In this document: positions 9,712-17,487 of the stretch, one piece after another
Layout: every line of letters begins with the position of its first letter
Position numbering within the stretch: the first letter of the stretch is position 1
NCBI GenBank assembly: GCA_963790735.1
Contig: CAWBQP010000002.1
Location: 9,184 to 73,183, forward strand
Reading direction: 5' to 3'
From: an uncultured Alphaproteobacteria bacterium
GTDB lineage: Bacteria > Pseudomonadota > Alphaproteobacteria > Rhizobiales > Xanthobacteraceae
Length of the DNA stretch: 64,000 nt
Made by a program: the position numbers and the translations under genes
The notes under the pieces: model-generated
Told to the model about the DNA's origin: nothing
Databases searched by the model: none
What the model saw: the letters and a program-made list of their open reading frames with translations, nothing else

Positions 9712-10233
9712 TCAAGCGGCGTTTGTTTTGGCCGCCGGTTGCCCGGTGCCGGCCTTTGCGAGCGCGTCGCGAAGTTGCTGTTCCTTGGTATCGTCAAGGG
9801 ATGTCTTGAGCACGGTGCCGCCCGCGTCCTGAATCTCCCGCAGCACCTTGTCGGGGGTCATGTTCTTGATGAGCACGAACAGCGCGGCATTGCCGGGCTG
9901 CATGCTTGTGGAGAGCTCCTTCATGAAGGCGTCATCGATGCCGTAGTCCGACAGGGCGCCGCCGAGCGCGCCCGAAGCCGCGCCGAGCGCAACACCAAGG
10001 ATGGGATTGAGGAAGATCACGCCGATCAGGAGCCCCCAGAAGCTGCCCGACATGGCGCCGATGGCTGTCGTATTGACGAGCTGGTTCAGCTTGATCGGGC
10101 CGGCCTCCGTCTTCACGGCGATCACGGCATCGCTGATCGTGATCAGATATTCCTTCTGCAGCTTGAACAGCCGCTGCCGCACTTCTTCGGCCTTTGCCTC
10201 GGATGGATAGATGATCGCGACTAGATCTGACAT
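9712..10233 (-). CDS. DUF1269 family membrane protein
   Basis: MSDLVAIIY..., GAMSGSFWGLLIG, GALSDYGIDDAF, GGTVLKTSL pattern. Confidence 0.85.
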   Translation of the reverse strand: MSDLVAIIYPSEAKAEEVRQRLFKLQKEYLITISDAVIAVKTEAGPIKLNQLVNTTAIGAMSGSFWGLLIGVIFLNPILGVALGAASGALGGALSDYGIDDAFMKELSTSMQPGNAALFVLIKNMTPDKVLREIQDAGGTVLKTSLDDTKEQQLRDALAKAGTGQPAAKTNAA

Positions 10234-10769
10234 CTCCGTATCCTCCAACTCGATGATGGACGTGACGTAGGCCGCACAGAGGGCATTGACGGGTCAACAC
10301 TCCTTCCGCCCGCAACGCGCGACGTCGTTGCCGGCAAATCCGTCGGCGACGAGGACGATCCGGCCGAGCCGCCGATCTATCAGCGGCGAGCGGCCGGGTC
10401 GCTCGGTGGCCGTGCGGCTCAATTCCACGATATCACAACCCGCGAGCGAACGGTTCACGCTTCGCTGATCGCTCTCATCAAAACCGTGGCAGCGCTCGAT
10501 CAAATTGGTTTCTAATTCGCCGAGGTTTGTCGATGCGTCGTCGGCCGCACCCCGCGATTTGTCACAAAGTTTTGTAGCGGAACACACTCCATGCAAACCT
10601 ACTTTAAGGTTGTGTGATTGACTCCATACACTCTGGAGCGTTACGTTCCGACGCAAATCAGAACGAGGCTGAAGCGGTCGACGGTGATCGTTTGTCAGCG
10701 CACAACCTGTGTTGCCGAACGGCTCGACCATCCATGCACGGGATCGTTCAAGCCGGACGGAGGGGTCCA

Positions 10770-11768
10770 ATGGACTTTCCTTCGATCGCAGAACAAACAG
10801 AGCGGCCTTACATCTCGACCGGACATCTGCCCGAACCCGAACTGGTGCAGAAATTGGTGTCCGACGCCCATCGGCGTTTCAGGTCGAACGGCGAGGGGCA
10901 GAATTCACAAGCCTATCCGGCGCTTGCCAGGGTTCCGCGAGAACTGTTCGGGATTTGCGTTGTCGGAACCAGCGGTCGCGTCTACGAGGCCGGAGACACG
11001 AACTACGAGTTCTCGATCATGAGCGTGTCGAAGCCGTTCGTGTTTGCGCTGGTGTGCGAGATGCTCGGCCCCGAGGAGGCGCGCGCGAGGCTCGGCGCGA
11101 ATGCCACGGGCTTGCCGTTCAATTCTCTCGCGGCCATCGAGCATGGCGCGGGCCGCACCAATCCGATGGTGAATGCAGGCGCGATCGCGACCACCAGCCT
11201 CGTGCCGGGCCTGACGGCGGAAGGTCAATGGCAGTTCATTCACGACGGGCTGTCGCGGTTTGCGGGTCGCAAGCTCGCGCTCAACGAAGAGGTTTACGCC
11301 TCGGCGGCGCAGACGAATTATCGTAACCACAGTATCGCCCGGCTGCTGCAGAGCTACGACCGCATCTATTGCGACGCCAGGCAGGCAACCGATCTCTACA
11401 CCAGGCAGTGCTCGCTGAACGTGAGCGCCAGGGATCTGGCGGTGATGGGCGCGACGCTGGCGGGCGGCGGCGTGAACCCTGTTACGCGGAAGCGCGTGGT
11501 CGACGCCGCAGTCTGTCACTATGTGCTGACCGTGATGATAACAGCCGGCTTGTACGAGACCTCGGGCGACTGGCTTTACGACATCGGCCTGCCGGGCAAG
11601 AGCGGGATCGGCGGCGGCATCGTCGCGGTTTCTCCGGGCAAAGGCGGCTTTGGGAGTTTCGCGCCGCCACTGGATGCCGCGGGCAACAGCGTGAAGGGAC
11701 AATTGGCGGCAAAATTCCTGTCGCAGCGGCTGGGAATGGATCTGTTCGTCTCGCAACCGGAAAACTGA
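10770..11768 (+). CDS. glsA: Glutaminase A
   Basis: FSIMSVSKPF (SxxK), NPMVNAGAI, GLYETSG, PGKSGIGGGI, GNSVKG. GGAGG RBS upstream. Confidence 0.95.
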   Translation: MDFPSIAEQTERPYISTGHLPEPELVQKLVSDAHRRFRSNGEGQNSQAYPALARVPRELFGICVVGTSGRVYEAGDTNYEFSIMSVSKPFVFALVCEMLGPEEARARLGANATGLPFNSLAAIEHGAGRTNPMVNAGAIATTSLVPGLTAEGQWQFIHDGLSRFAGRKLALNEEVYASAAQTNYRNHSIARLLQSYDRIYCDARQATDLYTRQCSLNVSARDLAVMGATLAGGGVNPVTRKRVVDAAVCHYVLTVMITAGLYETSGDWLYDIGLPGKSGIGGGIVAVSPGKGGFGSFAPPLDAAGNSVKGQLAAKFLSQRLGMDLFVSQPEN

Positions 11769-11841
11769 CGCAGATGCAAAGAGCGGCTTGATCGAGCCGA
11801 TGGCTCGGTCGATCCGGAACCGGGCAACTCGGGAGGACGCC

Positions 11842-13494
11842 GTGGCGACGCACTCGATGTCGATCGGAGCAATCCGGGAGCAAGCGCGAGCGTCGTGGGT
11901 GCCGATCATCGCGATCGCGCTCGGCCAGATGATCATGTCCTTCAACGTCGCCTCGCTGCCGGTCGCGCTCAGCGGGATGGTCAAGAGTTTCGGGGTGCCG
12001 CCGACGACGGTCGCCACCGGGATCGTGGCCTATTCGATGCTGGTGGCCGGCTTCGTCATGCTGGGCGCCAAGCTCGCGCAGCGGTTCGGCGCGCTGCACG
12101 TGTTCCGCTTCGCCGTGGTTCTGTTCTGCGCGTCGCAGATATTGATGACGTTCAGCCCCACGGCAACGTTGATGTTGACGGCGCAGGCGCTTTGCGGCGT
12201 GGCCGGCGCCGTGATCGTGCCGTCGCTGGTGGCGCTGGTGGCGGAGAATTACACGGGGCGGCATCAGGCAACCGCCCTGGGCGCGCTCGGCTCCGCGCAT
12301 GCGGCGGCCGGCGTGCTGGCGTTCATCATCGGCGGCGTGCTCGGCACCTATGTCGGCTGGCGTCCGGCGTTCGGAATCCTGATCGCGGTTTCTGCTATCG
12401 TTTTCCTGCTGAGCTTCCGTCTCAAGCGTGACTACGGCCGCCCGGATGTTCATATCGATTTCCTCGGTGTCGTTCTGGCGGCGTCGGCGATCGTTCTCAT
12501 CAGCTTCGGCTGCAACAGTCTGAACGGATGGGGTCTGCTGCTGGCTACCGCCAATGCGCCGTTCGATCTGCTCGGTCTTTCGCCGGCGCCGGTCATGATC
12601 ATTCTCGGCATCGTGCTCGGCCAGGCTTTCCTGATGTGGACGCGGCGGCGGCAGGCGGCGGGGAAGACGCCGCTGTTGGCGCTCGAGGTGGTCGACTCGC
12701 CGGAAGAGCGTTGCGCGGTCTACGCGTTGTTTGCCGTGGTCGCGCTGGAGGCGGCGCTGAATTTCTCGGTGCCGCTTTACATCCAGATCGTCCAGGGCCG
12801 CTCGCCGCTCGCGACCGCGATTGCGATGATGCCGTTCAACCTGACGGTATTTTTTATGGCGATGCTGATCGTCAGTCTCTATGACCGGCTGACGCCGCGG
12901 CAGATCGGCCGCTACGGCTTCATTCTCTGCACTATCGGCCTGGTGTGGCTCGCCTTTGTCTTGGACAACGACTGGAGCGAGGTTCCGGTGCTGTTGGGCC
13001 TGGTCCTGTTCGGCATCGGCCAGGGTTCGCTGGTGACGCTCTTGTTCAACGTGCTGGTCACGGCCTCGCCCAAGCAACTGGCAGGCGACGTCGGCTCGCT
13101 GCGGGGCACCACGCAAAATCTTGCCGTGGCGGTCGGAACGGCGCTGGCGGGCGCGCTTCTCGTCGGCCTGTTGAGCACGATCGCACTGAGCCATATCGCG
13201 GCGAACCCGGTGCTGCCGAAGGAAATCCAGAGTCAAGTCGATCTCGACAATATCACTTTCGTCAGCAACGAGCGGCTGCGCAGCGTGATGGAAGGCACCA
13301 CCGCCACGCCGCAGCAGGTCGAGGCAGCCGTGCGTGTGAATACGGAAGCGCGGTTGCGCGCCCTGAAGATCGGGCTCTTGATCATGGCCGGCCTTGCGCT
13401 GCTGGCGATCATCCCGGCGGGCCGGCTTCCGAACTACCTGCCGGGCGAGATCCCGAGCGATGCGCCGACGGGTAACCGGGTGAGATCGGGCTGA
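11842..13494 (+). CDS. MFS transporter (about 14 TM, DHA2-like)
   Basis: Hydrophobic multi-TM pattern with GAKLAQRFG motif A variant. GTG start after GGGAGGA. Confidence 0.85.
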   Translation: MATHSMSIGAIREQARASWVPIIAIALGQMIMSFNVASLPVALSGMVKSFGVPPTTVATGIVAYSMLVAGFVMLGAKLAQRFGALHVFRFAVVLFCASQILMTFSPTATLMLTAQALCGVAGAVIVPSLVALVAENYTGRHQATALGALGSAHAAAGVLAFIIGGVLGTYVGWRPAFGILIAVSAIVFLLSFRLKRDYGRPDVHIDFLGVVLAASAIVLISFGCNSLNGWGLLLATANAPFDLLGLSPAPVMIILGIVLGQAFLMWTRRRQAAGKTPLLALEVVDSPEERCAVYALFAVVALEAALNFSVPLYIQIVQGRSPLATAIAMMPFNLTVFFMAMLIVSLYDRLTPRQIGRYGFILCTIGLVWLAFVLDNDWSEVPVLLGLVLFGIGQGSLVTLLFNVLVTASPKQLAGDVGSLRGTTQNLAVAVGTALAGALLVGLLSTIALSHIAANPVLPKEIQSQVDLDNITFVSNERLRSVMEGTTATPQQVEAAVRVNTEARLRALKIGLLIMAGLALLAIIPAGRLPNYLPGEIPSDAPTGNRVRSG

Positions 13495-13542
13495 CCGAAT
13501 ACGAAGAGGCGAGGAGAGAGGCATCCGGCAAGGAGTAGAACA

Positions 13543-13854
13543 ATGGATGCAATCGATCGACGCAGTGCGCTGCGGAGCCTTCGTTGCGGCATTGTCGCCG
13601 CGGGATTGGGGGCGGGCTTGGTGGCAAACCCGGTCGAGGCGATGCCACTCGCCATGGCGAAGAATCTCGGAAGCAAGGCCGATGACCTCACGGAAAAAGC
13701 GCAGGCCGTGGTGACGCGCCCGCCACATCGGCCCATTCGCCATCCCCGCTGGCGTCATCATCATCGTCGTCCACGCCGGGTCTGCTGGTGGCACCGCGGC
13801 CGTCGCGTGTGCACCTGGCGAAGACGGCTACCGGCCGAAGTGAGACCGAACTGA
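13543..13854 (+). CDS. Small Tat-signal protein with His/Arg/Trp-rich C-terminal two-Cys hairpin
   Basis: IDRRSAL twin-Arg motif, hydrophobic stretch, VEA cleavage site, C-terminal RRVCWWHRGRRVCTWR. AAGGAG RBS. Confidence 0.7.
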   Translation: MDAIDRRSALRSLRCGIVAAGLGAGLVANPVEAMPLAMAKNLGSKADDLTEKAQAVVTRPPHRPIRHPRWRHHHRRPRRVCWWHRGRRVCTWRRRLPAEVRPN

Positions 13855-13864
13855 GGAGAACGAC

Positions 13865-14437
13865 ATGACTACATATGACAATAGCTCGCCGATGGGCGTC
13901 ACCAAATTGCCTTCGCCGCCCTTCTGGGTCTGCGTGCTGCTTGGGCTCGTCATGATCCTGGCGGGATTCCTGGTGCTCGGGGACGTCATGCTCGTCACCG
14001 TGATCAGCACCATCTTCATCGGCTGGGTGTCCATCATTGCCGGCGCTTTCGAGATCGTCCACGCGTTCTGGACCAAGGGATGGGGTGGGTTTGTCTGGCA
14101 GGTGCTTCTCGGCATCCTGTACATGGCCTTTGGCGTCGTGCTGGTGGGGCAGCCGGTCGCCAGTGCCCTGATCCTCACCTATGTCCTTGGCTTGCTGCTG
14201 CTGATTTCCGGGATCGTTCGTATCGTGATCGGTATCAGCCACTGGCGCGAAGCGGGCTGGATCATGCTGCTGTCCGGCGTATTCGGCGTCTTGGCCGGTC
14301 TCGTGATCCTGACGGGATTTCCGACGACGGGGTTGTGGGTCCTCGGATTCCTCCTCGGCGTCGATCTGATCTCTCATGGAATCGGTTGGCTGGCTTACGC
14401 GTGGCTGCCGAGAGCCAGGACGGCGAGCAGCACATAG
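13865..14437 (+). CDS. hdeD: HdeD/DUF308 family acid-resistance membrane protein
   Basis: Six TM helices; LG..MILAG, GWVSIIAG, GWIMLLSG, LWVLGFLLGVDLISHG pattern. Confidence 0.85.
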   Translation: MTTYDNSSPMGVTKLPSPPFWVCVLLGLVMILAGFLVLGDVMLVTVISTIFIGWVSIIAGAFEIVHAFWTKGWGGFVWQVLLGILYMAFGVVLVGQPVASALILTYVLGLLLLISGIVRIVIGISHWREAGWIMLLSGVFGVLAGLVILTGFPTTGLWVLGFLLGVDLISHGIGWLAYAWLPRARTASST

Positions 14438-14619
14438 CAGGCTTTTGGATTCCGCAGGGTTGGCAGGTCTGCCGGGCCCTGTGCGAATCGTAGCGGAACA
14501 GCCCGCGACGTTCGCTCCCTGCGGCGAATGTTGGCTTCTTGCTGAACCGAACGTCACTCAGGGGAGGTCTTACGATCTCGGCGGACCGGCGTTCGGACTG
14601 AGCGCGTGTCCGGCCAAAT

Positions 14620-14722
14620 GCAACGCTCCTGGCTCGGCCCGGCTTCGGCGCTTTCGAGGCAAAGCGGACATCAACCAGCCGACTCCCCCGCTGATTCCGT
14701 CGAAAATGACCCAAAGCGATCA
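14620..14722 (+). repeat. Cassette-boundary-like repeat, copy B
   Basis: CGCTTTCGAGGCAAAGCGGACAT (14649-14671) and TGACCCAAAGCG (14707-14718). Confidence 0.55.
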
Positions 14723-14734
14723 CTTGCGATTTAA

Positions 14735-14748
14735 AGACCAATCGGTCT
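14735..14748. promoter_or_regulatory. TetR operator 1
   Basis: Near-palindrome AGACCAATCGGTCT just upstream of the tetR start. Confidence 0.75.
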
Positions 14749-14760
14749 AATATATCATCA

Positions 14761-15375
14761 ATGCGCCGCCAAACCCCAGTGCCGTTGCCCCGTGGCCGCC
14801 CCAGAAGCTTCGACACGGAAGCCGCTGTCGAACGCGCGATGGGTGTGTTCTGGTCGCGCGGTTATCACGCCACGGCGCTGCCGGACCTTCTTCGTGCGAC
14901 GAAGCTCTCGCGTGGCAGCCTTTACGCCGCTTTCGGTGACAAGCACTCGCTCTTCCTGCGTGCGCTCGATCGCTACGTTGCCAATGCCCTGACACGGATG
15001 GATATCGAACTCGCCCCCCACAGAGAGCCGGTCGACGGCCTGCGGGCCTACCTTGCCGGCTACGTTGACCGCACGAGCGGTGCTCGTGGTCGGCGCGGAT
15101 GCCTGCTGGTGGCCACGGCCATGGAACTGGCTGGCCGTGATGCTGAAGTTGATCTTCGCATTGGGAGCTTTTTCAAAGCCATGGAGTCCAGGGTGGCTGA
15201 TGCTCTTTCCCGTGCGAAGGCGGCGGGCAAGCTGGCCGATGGTGTTGAGCCTTCAAGTGCCGCCCGAATTCTCGTCTGTTTCGTCGAGGGGCTGCGAGTG
15301 GTCGGTAAAACGGCGCCGACACGGATCACATCGCAAGCCACCGCTGACGCTCTTCTCGGCCGCTTCATTAAGTAG
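14761..15375 (+). CDS. TetR/AcrR family regulator (NemR/ComR-like)
   Basis: GRPRSFD..., FWSRGYHAT, SLYAAFGDKHSLF, GCLLV motifs. Confidence 0.9.
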   Translation: MRRQTPVPLPRGRPRSFDTEAAVERAMGVFWSRGYHATALPDLLRATKLSRGSLYAAFGDKHSLFLRALDRYVANALTRMDIELAPHREPVDGLRAYLAGYVDRTSGARGRRGCLLVATAMELAGRDAEVDLRIGSFFKAMESRVADALSRAKAAGKLADGVEPSSAARILVCFVEGLRVVGKTAPTRITSQATADALLGRFIK

Positions 15376-15416
15376 ACAATCCCATGGACACCGGCGCCGT
15401 TAGCACGTCTATATCT

Positions 15417-15430
15417 AGACCGATCGGTCT
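15417..15430. promoter_or_regulatory. TetR operator 2
   Basis: Perfect palindrome AGACCGATCGGTCT upstream of the EamA gene. Confidence 0.8.
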
Positions 15431-15446
15431 TTAAAGAAAGAATGCC

Positions 15447-16307
15447 ATGTCTGCCATCCAGATCGTCTGCGCCGTGGCCGTCCCTTTGCTCTGGGGTTAT
15501 CAGTTCGTGGCCATCAAGGTGGGCGTTACGGAGTTTCCGCCGCTCTTCTTCCTCGCGCTGCGCTTCCTGGCCATCGCGCTGCTGCTTATTCCGTTCGTCA
15601 AAAGGCCCACACGTCAACAGTTCGGCCCTATCGCGGCTATTTCGGTTTTCCTTGGTGGACTAAACTTCGGGCTCTTCTATGTTGGCCTTGGGCTCGGCTC
15701 GGGAAGCATGTCGGCCGTCGCATATCAACTCGCGACGCCCTTTACCATCCTGTTAGCTTGGCCGCTGCTCGCGGAGAGGCCATCTGTAACTACGTCCACC
15801 GGCGTGGTGATTGCATTCGTCGGCGTAGTCGCGTTGGCAGCGGGGCCTGGCCTGACGGCAAACGCGCTTCCGCTGCTGCTTGTGGTCGGGGCAGCCTTCG
15901 CGTTTGCGATGTCCAACGTCTTGACGAAGCGCTACGGCCCTTTTGATCCCCTGATGTTGATGGGGTGGTCGTCGCTGCTCACGGTGCCGCAAGTCACGTT
16001 GATGTCGCTGCTCCTTGAACATGGACAACTGGCGAGCCTTATCACGGCGGATCAACGTGGTTGGCTGGCACTCGCCTACACAATTTTCATCGGCGGAATC
16101 CTTGGGTTTGGCCTTTGGTTCTGGTTGATCGCCCGTTGCTCCATGGGCCGCGTCGCACCATTCGGCTTGCTGCTTCCGGTGTTTGCCGTGATTTCGAGCG
16201 TGTTGTTCCTTGGCGACCATATGACCCCAAAGTTGATTGTTGGTGGACTGCTCGCGATCTCCGGCGTCGCCATTACACAAGTGAGACCGGGCGCTCGACC
16301 AATTTGA
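15447..16307 (+). CDS. EamA/DMT family transporter
   Basis: LWGYQFVAIK, PPLFFLALRF, VAPFGLLLPVF; ten TM helices. Confidence 0.9.
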   Translation: MSAIQIVCAVAVPLLWGYQFVAIKVGVTEFPPLFFLALRFLAIALLLIPFVKRPTRQQFGPIAAISVFLGGLNFGLFYVGLGLGSGSMSAVAYQLATPFTILLAWPLLAERPSVTTSTGVVIAFVGVVALAAGPGLTANALPLLLVVGAAFAFAMSNVLTKRYGPFDPLMLMGWSSLLTVPQVTLMSLLLEHGQLASLITADQRGWLALAYTIFIGGILGFGLWFWLIARCSMGRVAPFGLLLPVFAVISSVLFLGDHMTPKLIVGGLLAISGVAITQVRPGARPI

Positions 16308-16340
16308 ACCCGGAAGTCGCGTCGTGCCGACTTCCGGGTT
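16307..16340. terminator. Hairpin or putative terminator after EamA
   Basis: Perfect 13-bp stem AACCCGGAAGTCG / CGACTTCCGGGTT. Confidence 0.55.
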
Positions 16341-16400
16341 TGGCCCATCGCGTCATTTGCTGCGCCTGCGCAAAAGTGGTCGTTACCGGAGCGACCTCGC
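16328..16400 (+). repeat. Cassette-boundary-like repeat, copy C (truncated)
   Basis: ACTTCCGGGTTTGGCCC...GGTCGTTACCGGAGC. Same TTCCG-N-TGGCCC start as copy A. Confidence 0.45.
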
Positions 16401-17339
16401 CTAGGGCCGATGGACCGCCACCTTGAGGTGGAACGGCAGCACCGTGACCGACATCGGCAATTGCCCGATGCTTTCGCCGTCGACGTCGGCGCGGACCATG
16501 CGATCGCTGTCGATGGTGACCCGCGTCGCGTGGCGCCGCGAGACCTTCGGGTGCGCCAGATAGCTGCCGTCGCCAAGGTTGGGGACGATCTTGGTCAGGG
16601 TCTCCCAATGTCCGATGTCGCCGACCATGATCAGGTCGAGCTTGCGGTCGCCGGGGTCGGCGCCCGGCGCGAGCATCAGGCCTTCGCCGGCGCCGTCGAA
16701 GCTGCACAGCATCAGGGACCACATCGGCAGGTTCTGCTCGGCTTCGTCGTCGATCCTGATGCGGTAGTTGCGTGGGTTGTAAGTCAGCGACGTGAACGCC
16801 GTCATCAGGACGTAGCTGATCGGGCCGAGCCGCTTCAGGAGCGGGACGCGCTGGGCGCGCCAGGAAATCGTGGCGGCGGCGCCGACGATGGCGAGCACGA
16901 AGCCGTAGCGCGTCACCTGGTTGCCCGCATAGCCCCTGGCGTCGGCGCGGAATACATCGATGTCGCGGGTGTGGCCCATGGCGATGGCCTTGCTGGCCTC
17001 GCCGAGCGAGAGCTGGCCGAAGGAACGGGAGAGTTCGTTCGACGTGCCGCCCGGCAGTTGCGCCAGCACGAGGTCGGGCGCGATCGGCCGATCGTCCGAG
17101 ATCACGCCGTTCATCATCTCGCTGAAGGTGCCGTCGCCGCCGACGGAAATCAGGCGCCGGCAACCGGCACCGACGGCTTCCTGCGCCAGCTTCGTCGCGT
17201 GATTGGGCGCGCGGGTCATCGCAATGTCGTCGTCATCGACCGGGCCGAGATGCTTTTCGAGCTCGGCGCGAATCTGCGGCCAGCGCTTGCCGCAACCGCC
17301 CTTGTTCGCCATCGGATTGACGATGATCCTGGTTTTCAC
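16401..17339 (-). CDS. Diacylglycerol/lipid kinase family protein (YegS/BmrU-like)
   Basis: IIVNPMA, SVGGDGTFSE, LPGGTSN, DVDGE motifs. GTG start after GGGGA. Confidence 0.85.
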   Translation of the reverse strand: MKTRIIVNPMANKGGCGKRWPQIRAELEKHLGPVDDDDIAMTRAPNHATKLAQEAVGAGCRRLISVGGDGTFSEMMNGVISDDRPIAPDLVLAQLPGGTSNELSRSFGQLSLGEASKAIAMGHTRDIDVFRADARGYAGNQVTRYGFVLAIVGAAATISWRAQRVPLLKRLGPISYVLMTAFTSLTYNPRNYRIRIDDEAEQNLPMWSLMLCSFDGAGEGLMLAPGADPGDRKLDLIMVGDIGHWETLTKIVPNLGDGSYLAHPKVSRRHATRVTIDSDRMVRADVDGESIGQLPMSVTVLPFHLKVAVHRP

Positions 17340-17487
17340 GGCGATCCCCGCTTGCGAAGACAATCGCGCCAGCTTGACGTCGGCGGAGGCGTGAAGCAAC
17401 CGGAAAGCGAATTATTCGCAGATGCAACAAATGCTGCAGGCGCGTTATGGAAGCTGCGAGAGCTTCGAGCAGCGACGCGGAGGCCTT

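Noticed and set aside
10290-10516. Possible gene remnant (DVVAGKSVGDEDDPAEPPIY...) between DUF1269 and glsA
   Set aside because: No start or RBS and no recognisable family; cannot be supported without a search.
10559-10578. Pho-box-like TTGTCAC upstream of glsA
   Set aside because: No matching second half-site at 11-bp spacing.
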